DNA of 62,897 nt, counting the filler. It is 6 parts of 6 records of this genome, joined end to end, with 100 filler letters (N's around TTAATTAATTAA, not from the genome) between each part and the next. Parts side by side here need not be neighbours in the genome. Positions count along the whole stretch, not along the records: positions 26,953 to 41,837 come from SRR2962707_2186; 5 more parts are not named here. The stretch is one strand, 5' to 3'. The notes below the pieces were generated by a model. That model saw only the letters and a list, made by a program, of their open reading frames with translations, did not search any database and was not told where the DNA came from. Every line of letters starts with the position of its first letter. The first letter of the stretch is position 1. The position numbers and the translations under genes are program-made. Positions 29,354 through 38,379 of the stretch are shown here, piece after piece.

Positions 29354-29986
29354 ATGTCTCTTGCGTTACATCGCGGGCTAGACCCGCAATCCTATCCCGA
29401 CACACCCACCGGCATCGTTGATCGCAGCTTCGTCAGCCGACGACTCCTCCGAAACGCCGTCACGCTGGTAAACGCCCATCCGCGTGCGGATTACCTCGGT
29501 CCCGACAAGCTAGTCGACAGCCTTGCCCATGCCAAAGGATTCACCGGCGATGACCTGGCAATCCTGCGAGTATCGATTGGCAGGGGTCGCCATACCCTGA
29601 TCTGTGCACCTGAGATGCTTTGGTACTCCAGAAAATTCGACCTGCTCGAATTGAAGCAGATGGCCGGCTTCGCCGGACGGTCATGCTGTCTCATACCCGA
29701 AAGTGCCGTGCAGCGCCAGCCGCGCCTGAGTACCGCCCGGGCAATCGAAGATGCATGCGGCGTTTCGGTCTCCGTCGATCAAAGAATGGCAATCTTAGTT
29801 CATATGATTGAGAACGGCGGTAAATCCACATTTATGGATTGCGCGTGCGCCATTGATCACCCGCAGCCATTTTCAGCGGTGATGCATATGGTGGCCCTCG
29901 GCGTCCTACGCATTGACGCCACAACCGAGCTCAGGCCTCACAGCACCGTCAGCCTCAATGATAGATCGCCCGAGGAAGCCGCCTGA
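29354..29986 (+). CDS. Hypothetical protein resembling a catalytically degenerate TnsA paralogue
   Basis: GGAG RBS. The C-terminal half aligns by eye with the C-terminal half of the TnsA at 34311; no PD-(D/E)xK acidic residues are recognisable. Confidence 0.55.
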   Translation: MSLALHRGLDPQSYPDTPTGIVDRSFVSRRLLRNAVTLVNAHPRADYLGPDKLVDSLAHAKGFTGDDLAILRVSIGRGRHTLICAPEMLWYSRKFDLLELKQMAGFAGRSCCLIPESAVQRQPRLSTARAIEDACGVSVSVDQRMAILVHMIENGGKSTFMDCACAIDHPQPFSAVMHMVALGVLRIDATTELRPHSTVSLNDRSPEEAA

Positions 29987-30198
29987 CTTCCGCTTCCGGC
30001 CGGCGGTGCCGCGCTGCACATGCATGCTCGCTGCCCTTGGTCTCCGCCCAGTGATGGGGACCAACAGGCATCTGGCACGCGCGGCACCTGCCGGTCCGTG
30101 TTGCTTCTCACCGGCGGCACCCGGCCACATATCATGCTTTACGCCTCATACCAGTTTATCTCCAAAGCTGTAATCTGCCGCATGACAAGGATTTCACC

Positions 30199-30471
30199 AT
30201 GGACCTTGCTTTCAAGATAGAACGCCTCGCCGCCGACTTGCGCGCCATCGCCGATGGCAGCGGCCCCACCCATGACGAGCTCGCCGAGGCACCTCTGCTA
30301 TTGAACTGGCGCCTGGTTCCGATCCCCGCGGTCGCATTGGGGGGATTGGTGCTGGATCACCCCCGATTGGGCACGACACGGGTGACCACCTCCATGGTCT
30401 ATGCGATCAGTCCTGACAAACTCTGGGCACGCACGCTGTCACGCTACTATCGCTTTCAACCACCGGCCTGA
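30199..30471 (+). CDS. Small conserved protein with HPxLG...TS...WARTxSRxYR motif (recalled as DUF6634-like)
   Basis: AAGGA RBS; ELAEAPLLLNW, DHPRLG, VTTS, WARTLSRYYR. The family name is from memory and unverified. Confidence 0.75.
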   Translation: MDLAFKIERLAADLRAIADGSGPTHDELAEAPLLLNWRLVPIPAVALGGLVLDHPRLGTTRVTTSMVYAISPDKLWARTLSRYYRFQPPA

Positions 30472-30688
30472 TGCTCTGGCGCCCCTCGACTGCGGGCACC
30501 CCTGTTCCCGCAGCGCACATACACTTTGGGCCCACGGTCCCGCCTTTAACGCATACCTGGCGGCAATCGGGCATCACGATCGTGAAGTCGACAGATCGCT
30601 GACCCCTGCAGCATCCGATGTCGCTTTACTCCATTTCTTAGACAGCCCATCCCGGCGTTCGCGGAGGGCTCCACTCCGACATTCACAG

Positions 30689-32644
30689 ATGGCCAAGACC
30701 AAGCGCCTGGCATCCCCGGTGACGAGCGCTGATGCATTGGAGAGAAGTATGCACGTTGATATCGAGGACGACGACGAGCCCGAAAAGGCCGCAACGCCAG
30801 CAGGCACATGCCTCGTCAGTTCACGAGTTGCGGTTGCCTCAGTCGCCTTGGATCGTACGCTGGGCGCTTCCGGTCGTCGCTTGTTTAAAGGCACAAGCCG
30901 CATAGCCGCGGTTATTAAGGTTCCGACCGATCACTGGATTGTTCCCGTCAAGGCTGCCGTGCTAGCAATCAATCCCAAAATCACGTTCGCCGCCGAACAC
31001 GAAAAGCCGAAAACCAAAACCACCGAGGGACGAGAAGTCTCGGCAACGATTGCGCGAGGAGAGTCGGTCGTCGGCGTTTCCGCAAAGCCCGATCGCCTCC
31101 TGCCAGACGTCCTGTTGTTGGCCGCCACTCATCGATACGAGATCTCGCCGGCGACGCCCGAACTCGTCAGGCTCGCCATGAAATTGTGCCTTACCGGACG
31201 AACACCGGCTTCGCTCAAGAGTCTCGATCTATCTACTCTGGATTTCGATCTTCTGTGCGCGTGCATGCCGATGGGCATTACCAAAACGGCAGCCATCGAG
31301 CGACTATCCCGCGCCACGGCCAAACCCACCCGATCAGCCGGGTCGACCGGCCTTATTTACCCCAGTCTGGACGACGCCGTGGAATATGGTGATGCTCGCG
31401 CATGGGGACTGGACCTCAGAGCGGATATTGCTGATCTGCGCGCGAAGAAAGTGTCGTGGGCGGACATCGACCGCGGTGCAGTTCTCGAGGGCCCGCCGGG
31501 CTCTGGAAAAACGACGTTCGCCCGCATCTTAGGGGACGCCTGTGACCTGCCGGTCATCATGAGCTCGATATCGGAACTGTTTGCCAGCTCCGAAGGTAAC
31601 CTCGACTCCGTGATCAAGGCCCAGCGCAAGCTATTCGACGAAGCAACCGCTGCTGCTCCATGCCTCTTGTTCATCGATGAATTGAACGCCCTGCCAGATC
31701 CCGCCAGGATTTCACAACGGGGCAAGGACTGGTGGATGCCGGTGATCTACGACTTCTTTCTACTTCTTGATTCTGCCCTGTCGTCACGCGAGGGCATCAT
31801 CGTCGTAGGCGCCACCAATCTCATTCAGGATATTTCCCCGGCACTCCTCCGCCCGGGGCGACTGGAGCGTTCGATCCACATTGGAATTCCCGACGTCGAT
31901 GGGCTCGCCCGCATTTTGCGCACGCACCTGAGCGGAGATCTGGCGGGCCAGGATTTGCTCCCTTTAGCAAGAGCCGGTCTTGGCGCCACCGCAGCGGTCG
32001 CCATGGATTGGGTACGTGCGGCTCGGCGGACCAGCCGCCGGGCCGGTCGACCCTTGCTCGTCGGGGACCTCCTCGCGCAAATCACACCGGCTGACACCCG
32101 TTCGAGGGCAGATCGCTACCGGGCTGCGGTCCACGAAGCCGGGCACGGTGTGATTGGCTTGGCATTGGGCGAAAAACTCAAGGAAATATCGATAGTCCGA
32201 CGCGGCGAGTCCGGTGGTCGTGCGACCTTCGGCGAGCTGACTGAAACTCTCTTCGACCGCGAGCGCATGGAGCGTCAGGTAACCATGGTCCTCGGTGCGT
32301 CTGCTGCCGAGACAGAGGTATTCGGTTCGCTTTCCAGCGGCGCGGGCGGCAGTCCTGAATCCGATCTTGCTAGGGCGACCGACATTATGGCGACGCTACG
32401 GTCCAGCTATGGCATGGCCAACTCGTTGCTATGGGTGGCGCCAGCCGACGTGCCGACATTGTTAACACGTGACCCAGCGTTTCGGCAGGCTGTGGAAGCA
32501 GATCTTCAACGACTCTATGCCGATGCGAAGCGTCTGGCGCGCCAATACAGGGAGCAAATTCTGGCGGTTGCCGATCGGCTGCTCACGGAGGGCCAGATCT
32601 CGGGAGACATGGTGGCGCAATTGAGTTTCTTGGAGGCCGCCTGA
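30689..32644 (+). CDS. Soluble FtsH-like AAA+ ATPase / M41 zinc metalloprotease
   Basis: Walker A GPPGSGKT, Walker B LLFIDE, GATN, SRH PALLRPGRLE, HEAGH, SDLARAT; no N-terminal TM helices. Start at ATG 30689 is a best guess. Confidence 0.9.
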   Translation: MAKTKRLASPVTSADALERSMHVDIEDDDEPEKAATPAGTCLVSSRVAVASVALDRTLGASGRRLFKGTSRIAAVIKVPTDHWIVPVKAAVLAINPKITFAAEHEKPKTKTTEGREVSATIARGESVVGVSAKPDRLLPDVLLLAATHRYEISPATPELVRLAMKLCLTGRTPASLKSLDLSTLDFDLLCACMPMGITKTAAIERLSRATAKPTRSAGSTGLIYPSLDDAVEYGDARAWGLDLRADIADLRAKKVSWADIDRGAVLEGPPGSGKTTFARILGDACDLPVIMSSISELFASSEGNLDSVIKAQRKLFDEATAAAPCLLFIDELNALPDPARISQRGKDWWMPVIYDFFLLLDSALSSREGIIVVGATNLIQDISPALLRPGRLERSIHIGIPDVDGLARILRTHLSGDLAGQDLLPLARAGLGATAAVAMDWVRAARRTSRRAGRPLLVGDLLAQITPADTRSRADRYRAAVHEAGHGVIGLALGEKLKEISIVRRGESGGRATFGELTETLFDRERMERQVTMVLGASAAETEVFGSLSSGAGGSPESDLARATDIMATLRSSYGMANSLLWVAPADVPTLLTRDPAFRQAVEADLQRLYADAKRLARQYREQILAVADRLLTEGQISGDMVAQLSFLEAA

Positions 32645-32755
32645 CCACACCTTCGATCCAGGACCACTATACGGACCTGGCATCACGAGCGAAGGGATCG
32701 GTAACCCGTTGGGGTTCGCGCCGGAACTTTCCCGGCAACGACATCACACCTGACG

Positions 32756-33292
32756 TCATTCGGCCGGCAAATCTACCGGCTCCTCGGTTGGGTCCAAAGG
32801 TTCTTCCGGTCCCAACCCGCCTCCGATGAGGGGTTCGAGAACCGCGTATCCCTGTTTCAACCAATGAACCAGGTCATCGAATTCGCCTTCGCGACCGACG
32901 AAGTCTTGGCGGTTGCGGAATATCCAATCCACCGCCACGACCATTCTCGAATAGTCGCCCACAAGTTCGCCCAAACTCAAAAGCTTGCCAGATGATCGGC
33001 CGCTTGGACCGCGTCCAACAATGCCGGCGCCGTAGCGATCTTCGAGGTAGTCGAAAACGTCGGTCAGCGTCGACGAGCCCTTCCCCATTTTCTTGGCCGT
33101 TTTCGCCGCTGTCCATTTCGGATCGTGGGCGCTACCGGTGCGATGATGCGCGAGTGCGCGGATAGCGGTCTCGAACTTCACATCGTTGTTCGCAACATTC
33201 GGCTGGTTGTTCGAGATTTGAACTGCGCGGCGCGGATCAAGACGGGCCATCACAGGCTTGGACTTTTCGCGGGATTTGTCAATTTTGGTCAT
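32756..33292 (-). CDS. Stand-alone LysR/ModE-like winged-helix protein
   Basis: AAKTAKKMGKGSSTLTDVFDYLEDRYGAGIVGRGPSGRSSGKLLSLGE matches the LysR/ModE HTH pattern; AAGGGG RBS; no effector domain. Confidence 0.6.
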   Translation of the reverse strand: MTKIDKSREKSKPVMARLDPRRAVQISNNQPNVANNDVKFETAIRALAHHRTGSAHDPKWTAAKTAKKMGKGSSTLTDVFDYLEDRYGAGIVGRGPSGRSSGKLLSLGELVGDYSRMVVAVDWIFRNRQDFVGREGEFDDLVHWLKQGYAVLEPLIGGGLGPEEPLDPTEEPVDLPAE

Positions 33293-33342
33293 GGCGTCCC
33301 CTTAGAAATGGAAAACTTAAGGGGACGCTGGTTGAAAAAGGA

Positions 33343-33729
33343 TTAGGGGCCAAATCCTTTCAAGGATTTGAACTCATCGGGAACCGATCCGCCGATGCCG
33401 GCGAAGATGGGCCCGATCTCCCGAAGAACCTCCTCTTGAAGGGTCTCGCATACGTTATGCTTGAAGACACCACGAACGTGGGCACGGACCGTGTCACCAT
33501 CGCCTTGACGATAATCCAGCAGCTCCGGTCGGGCCGAGAGCAGCATGACTACGGTAGCGTCATCGAATTCGGCAGGTAGGTAATCGTTGCTGGCCTTTAC
33601 CAGCCCCTGCGCGACCCAGTCGCCCACCACGGCCCAATCCTCATTCCTGTCTTCTTCGGTGATCGTTAGGCGCAGCCACTCGATCGCGCGCACCGTCACC
33701 TTGGCCTTGTAGTCGTCGACGTCGAACAT
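33343..33729 (-). CDS. Hypothetical acidic protein (128 aa)
   Basis: GGAGAG RBS; plausible composition; co-oriented with the wHTH gene. Confidence 0.65.
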   Translation of the reverse strand: MFDVDDYKAKVTVRAIEWLRLTITEEDRNEDWAVVGDWVAQGLVKASNDYLPAEFDDATVVMLLSARPELLDYRQGDGDTVRAHVRGVFKHNVCETLQEEVLREIGPIFAGIGGSVPDEFKSLKGFGP

Positions 33730-34037
33730 TTCCGCTCTCCAATTGGTTGCAAGCGGACATTGCCCCGGATGCTGGCAAGAAACAAAAAGTCAAACAAACA
33801 TTTTTCTCAGAGTTTCCGATCAGTAAATTTTCCCGAAACCCGGGCCCCGGTGCACTTCGATACTCGGCAGTTCGGGTGCGCCGAGTTTGTCGCGCAGAAA
33901 CTTCGGCATCACCGAACTTCGGCCCGCGGAAGCTCCGATGTTCCTGCAGCAGCGGCCAAAATATTCCTGCGGCGGCAACAATATAAACGTGCGACTTGAG
34001 GGGAAGGAAACAACGCCAACCTGAAAGGACGCCCACG

Positions 34038-34172
34038 ATGGCCACACAAACCGCAATAAACACCAAAAATCTCAGATATCGTCATCCAATGGTGCTTGTG
34101 GACGATTTCGACGAATACTCAAACGCCGAACTTTCAGACGTACTTCGCCTAATTCGTACTGCCCGATACTAA
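34038..34172 (+). CDS. 44-aa leader ORF upstream of tnsA, absent from the ORF track
   Basis: MATQTAINTKNLRYRHPMVLVDDFDEYSNAELSDVLRLIRTARY*; preceded by TGAAAGGACG, the same 10-mer as before tnsB. Confidence 0.5.
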   Translation: MATQTAINTKNLRYRHPMVLVDDFDEYSNAELSDVLRLIRTARY

Positions 34173-34310
34173 CGATTTTCTCCCGGTATTATATTGAGTT
34201 CAGGAGTTAATGATTTGCTGGTCGATGTTCCCCCTCCCCTCTCTCTTCTGGTGACGCCGTTCCACCCGAAGCACCACGAAGGTGCGGCCAACTCGACGCA
34301 TCTCTACAAG

Positions 34311-35063
34311 ATGCTCCAGGAGTGCGTTTCCGCCCAGGCCTTTCGAGCCGCTTTTCCAGTATTTGAGAGCGCCCCTGTGCATTCTTCACCCGACCGGTCA
34401 GACGTTGAGTGGTCGATGCCGCTCGACAGCCGTGCGAGCCGCGTGCCGTCGGTGCGCAGCACGTCGTCTCATCGTGTCGCGGGCATGAACGCTCTAACCG
34501 GCCGCGCCCAGTACATGGAGAGCTTGATCGAAACCGATCTGATCTCGATTCATACCGTGGATCACGACGTGGTGGACATCGAAGAGCAGATCGAGCCGGT
34601 CCAGTACCTCGATCAGACCGGCAAAGTGCGCGAACACACTTTCGACGTCAGGATCACCCGAGCATCTGGGAAAGTATCCGTCTACGCCTGCAAGGCAGCG
34701 GCATTCAGGATTTCGAGCGGCATCGACGAGATCGTTGCTCGAATTCGCGAGCAGGTTCCCGGTTTCGCAGATGAACTCTTGGTCGTCACCCGTGCCGACG
34801 TAAGCAAGGTCGCTGCCGCCAACGCCAGGCAGATTCTTCAGGCTCGCCGTCTCCGGGATGAGCTCGACGAGGTCACATTGCGAAAGGTCATGTCCTCGGT
34901 CCATGGCTGGGTCACCATCGAGGCCCTCACGGACGATCCCGAGGAGGCAGGTCGCCTCTACGTCGCGGCGGTCAACCTCATCGATCGCGGTTCGATGCAA
35001 TGGACCAAAGCCGATCGCATCTGCCCCTCCATGTCTATCCGTTTCACCCCCTCATTTCTTTGA
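34311..35063 (+). CDS. tnsA: TnsA-like PD-(D/E)xK endonuclease
   Basis: ESLIETD, DVVDIEEQ, HTFDVRIT, YACK, C-terminal winged helix. Start uncertain (frame open from 34194). Confidence 0.8.
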   Translation: MLQECVSAQAFRAAFPVFESAPVHSSPDRSDVEWSMPLDSRASRVPSVRSTSSHRVAGMNALTGRAQYMESLIETDLISIHTVDHDVVDIEEQIEPVQYLDQTGKVREHTFDVRITRASGKVSVYACKAAAFRISSGIDEIVARIREQVPGFADELLVVTRADVSKVAAANARQILQARRLRDELDEVTLRKVMSSVHGWVTIEALTDDPEEAGRLYVAAVNLIDRGSMQWTKADRICPSMSIRFTPSFL

Positions 35064-35074
35064 AAGGACGTCCA

Positions 35075-37240
35075 ATGAACGTTCCCGCTCTCCGCTCCAG
35101 CCTCGTCCCCGCAATCGCCTCCGAAGGCAGCGCCCCGGCATACCGTTATGACCGGTCGCACCTCTATATTCTCAACGGCGTAAAACACATCTACGCCGAA
35201 AGCCAGGGATCGACCAACCGGTTTACCCTGCTGGATCAGCCCGATCTGTCCGTAGAGTTTTCGGACGAAGACCTCGAGGTCCTGCGTGACCGGGGACTCT
35301 TCCGCACGATCCGCTTCCACTTTCTCAAGTCTACACCAGCAAGGGTAGGTAAGTGGGCGAACCTAAGCGATCTTCCCGCAGAGGATCTGCGCGAGGTCCT
35401 ATTCCGCCAAACCATCTGCGACGGGATCATTTCCGCCCTGGGAAACCAGCGTCGTAGCTCGGAGAAGGACAAGCTGACGCTCTCCGACGCCAAACTCACT
35501 CCCCTGATTGCCAAGGTGTATGCCGGGTGGTTCGAGTGTGACGTCCAAGCGATGACCAAGGATGGTCGTAGTGGCTCGAAGTATCTGGGTAAAGTGCTTA
35601 TCAAGCCTGCCCCCTCAACGGCTCGTAGGTGGCTGCGTCAGTATCGTGCCTGCAATTTCGACCCAATGGCACTTTGCAAAAACTATGGGCGGAGCGGCAA
35701 CAGAGATAGCCGTCTGGGGAATCTTGAGCAGAAGATCGTGGCGCGCTTCTCGAAACGATATCTGAGCCGCCTGCAGCCGTCGAAGGCTGAGCTCTATCGA
35801 GAGATGGATCGATTCATTTTCAAGCTCAATAAGCGCCTGATCAGATCCGGCCGGAAGCGAGCCGTATGCCCGTCGCGACGTTCATTCGAGCGTGCCATTG
35901 ATCGGCTTGATCCGTTCGCTGTGATTGCCGGTCGTCAAGGTGTAGAGTACGCCAAACGCGAGCTCCAGATTATCCGTGGTGAGGTAGACGCAGTTCGGCC
36001 GCTCGAGCGTGTAGAAATGGACGAATGGCGCGTCCCACTCCAAACACTGCTCGAAAAAGCTGACCTGTGGTCGATGCTGCCGGCCGAGGAGAAGGCGAAG
36101 GTACAGCGCAAACGACTCTGGCTTTCTACGGCGATTGATACGGTCACTAGAACTGTTGTCGCTGCCAAAGTCATATTCGTCCCAAGTGGCTCGGCTGCCG
36201 TGCAGACAATTGCGATGGGCCTTTACGACAAGACCGAGATCGCCAGGGATGCTGGTTGCGAAATGCCCTGGGATATTTATGGCCTATGGGAAACCCTGCC
36301 CACGGACTCCGGATCCGCCTACGTCAGTCATGAGTTTCGGGCGGCCTGCATCGATGTCGGTATCCACGCCTATGTGACACCCGCCAAGCTACCGTCCATG
36401 CGGGGTCGGCAGGAGCGTCTCTATCGGACGCTGCACGACATGCTGATCGCGCAGTTTCCGGGCCGCTCCTTCCAAAACGTAGTCAAGAAGGGGGACTACG
36501 ACTCCGAGGCCAATGCGGTAATCGACTATGAAGAGCTGGCTCGAGCGCTGGTTCGCTTCATCGTAGACGTTTACCACGTTCGTCCGCATGCCGGGCTCGG
36601 TGGTGCCACTCCGTACGATACTTGGCAGCGTCTGCGGGCAAAGTATCGTGTCCTGCCGCCCCCTGAGAAGGACGTCGCCCGTCATGTATTCGGCATCACG
36701 CTGGAGCGTCGCATTGGTGCCTACGGCATCCGGGCCCTCGGCCTGAACTTTCAGTCCGAAGAACTTCAGCGCATGCGTTCGGCCTCTAGGAACAAGCCGG
36801 TGCTCGTCCGTCTCGATCCAAACGACCTAGGTTATGTATCGGTCAAGACGGACGATGGCTGGATGAATGTCCGATGCCAACGTGCGGGTTTCGAGGGTGT
36901 CTCGATGATGCACTGGCTGGCGGCTTCGCTGAAGCTTCGTCAGGAAAACGCCAGGCTTGCCGCCCTTCGCGAAGACGTGGTGCACGCCGCTCTCGATGCG
37001 ATCGCGGGCATGGCGCGGGGTGCCATCCGTCGCGCCGGAATTGCCTCTCCGGTCATTTCGCAGGAGGACGTCGAGAAGTTTGAGCGCGATCTCTATCGGA
37101 CATTCTCGTTCGACGAGGAGGGGATCGATTTCGGGGACATGACGGAACAATCGCTTGTCGGCACGTCGGCAACGCCTATCGAGGTCCCGGCGAAACCCGC
37201 CCTGCCCGCCCCCGATGGCAAGTATGAGATCGAAGACTGA
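35075..37240 (+). CDS. tnsB: TnsB/TniA-like DDE transposase with Mu-type C-terminus
   Basis: DDE triad VEMDEW / LPTDSGSAY / RGRQERLYRT; AIDTVTR; YHVRPHAGLGGATP; VRLDPNDLG; GAAAGGA RBS. Confidence 0.9.
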   Translation: MNVPALRSSLVPAIASEGSAPAYRYDRSHLYILNGVKHIYAESQGSTNRFTLLDQPDLSVEFSDEDLEVLRDRGLFRTIRFHFLKSTPARVGKWANLSDLPAEDLREVLFRQTICDGIISALGNQRRSSEKDKLTLSDAKLTPLIAKVYAGWFECDVQAMTKDGRSGSKYLGKVLIKPAPSTARRWLRQYRACNFDPMALCKNYGRSGNRDSRLGNLEQKIVARFSKRYLSRLQPSKAELYREMDRFIFKLNKRLIRSGRKRAVCPSRRSFERAIDRLDPFAVIAGRQGVEYAKRELQIIRGEVDAVRPLERVEMDEWRVPLQTLLEKADLWSMLPAEEKAKVQRKRLWLSTAIDTVTRTVVAAKVIFVPSGSAAVQTIAMGLYDKTEIARDAGCEMPWDIYGLWETLPTDSGSAYVSHEFRAACIDVGIHAYVTPAKLPSMRGRQERLYRTLHDMLIAQFPGRSFQNVVKKGDYDSEANAVIDYEELARALVRFIVDVYHVRPHAGLGGATPYDTWQRLRAKYRVLPPPEKDVARHVFGITLERRIGAYGIRALGLNFQSEELQRMRSASRNKPVLVRLDPNDLGYVSVKTDDGWMNVRCQRAGFEGVSMMHWLAASLKLRQENARLAALREDVVHAALDAIAGMARGAIRRAGIASPVISQEDVEKFERDLYRTFSFDEEGIDFGDMTEQSLVGTSATPIEVPAKPALPAPDGKYEIED

Positions 37241-38379
37241 TGCTTACAAATACCTCCGTAACCGGTGCTGCAGGCGTTCTCGATCGCCTGCAGCAGTCGC
37301 AATCACCCGAGCGACGCGCTCGCAATGAACTGATCCGTCAGATCGAACAGGCATACGTGCCGAACGAACGTGACGACAAGTTCCAAGTCGCGCTCGATGA
37401 AGTCGTCGACGCGCATGTCAGACATTTCGAGGCACGTCTAGATGGCGCCCACCGCAACGTCGGCTCTCTCGCTGAAGGACGACTCCTCGCTGTCGTCGGG
37501 CACTCCGGTGCCGGCAAGACACGCCTGCTTGAGCGTCATTTTCATCATCGGCCGGAATTCCGTGGATACGGCACGTCAAACTGTCTCCTGATCTCGGTCA
37601 AGGCTCAAGGTCCCTTTGCCCTAAGTGGCCTGGCAAGGAGCATTGCCGTCGCGGCGGGAGTGAAAGTTAGGAAAGCCTTCCATAACCGGGACGCTGCGTT
37701 TCAATTCGCCCGCGATCAGGTGGAAGATAGGATCATCATCATCCATATCGACGAGGCGCAGCTTCTGCTGTCGTCGCCGAAAGAAGAAGAAATTCAGTCT
37801 GCTCGAAATCTTCTTCGAACCTTTTGTCAGGAGTCTAAGTGGCCTGTGTCGGTCATTCTGTCGGGGACACCGGAAACGTCCAAGCTATTCGGTGACTACC
37901 AGATCGCTCGTCGACAGACGATCATTACCCTCGATGAGATCGATTTCCAGTCCGGCGTACCGATCCTGCAGTCCGCCATGAACGATTTTCTGAAGAAGGC
38001 GTCGCTGGCCGAAGCACTTGATCGGGGACTTCTATTCGAGCAACTGATGTATGCGTCACTGTACCAACTTGGCGATAGCATCGCCATCATGCGGGCCGCC
38101 TTCTCGCATGCCATCCGGGAGAACTCCGGTACCCTAAAGGTCGAGCATTTTGCCGCTGCCTTTCATGACAGAACGTCATGCCCCGCGGATTTAAATGTCT
38201 TCGGCGATGAGGTTGATTATCGCACCATCGACGTAGCGAAGCTCTATGAGCAGGCACGCGGCAAGCGTGCCAGGAAAACATCGGACACGGTGATGGAAGC
38301 GATGCCGGCGTCAACCGCGGCTGTGCAACCCACCGACCCGGTTGGGGTCAGGAAACTGCGGGTAAAGAGAAAAAAATGA
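37240..38379 (+). CDS. tnsC: TnsC/TniB-like AAA+ ATPase
   Basis: Walker A GHSGAGKT, Walker B IIHIDEAQ, ILSGTP, QIARR; start overlaps the tnsB stop. Confidence 0.9.
   Translation: MLTNTSVTGAAGVLDRLQQSQSPERRARNELIRQIEQAYVPNERDDKFQVALDEVVDAHVRHFEARLDGAHRNVGSLAEGRLLAVVGHSGAGKTRLLERHFHHRPEFRGYGTSNCLLISVKAQGPFALSGLARSIAVAAGVKVRKAFHNRDAAFQFARDQVEDRIIIIHIDEAQLLLSSPKEEEIQSARNLLRTFCQESKWPVSVILSGTPETSKLFGDYQIARRQTIITLDEIDFQSGVPILQSAMNDFLKKASLAEALDRGLLFEQLMYASLYQLGDSIAIMRAAFSHAIRENSGTLKVEHFAAAFHDRTSCPADLNVFGDEVDYRTIDVAKLYEQARGKRARKTSDTVMEAMPASTAAVQPTDPVGVRKLRVKRKK

Noticed and set aside
33730-34310. Possible CRISPR or guide array for a CAST
   Set aside because: Repeats are only 9-13 nt, irregularly spaced, and no cas gene is present on the contig.
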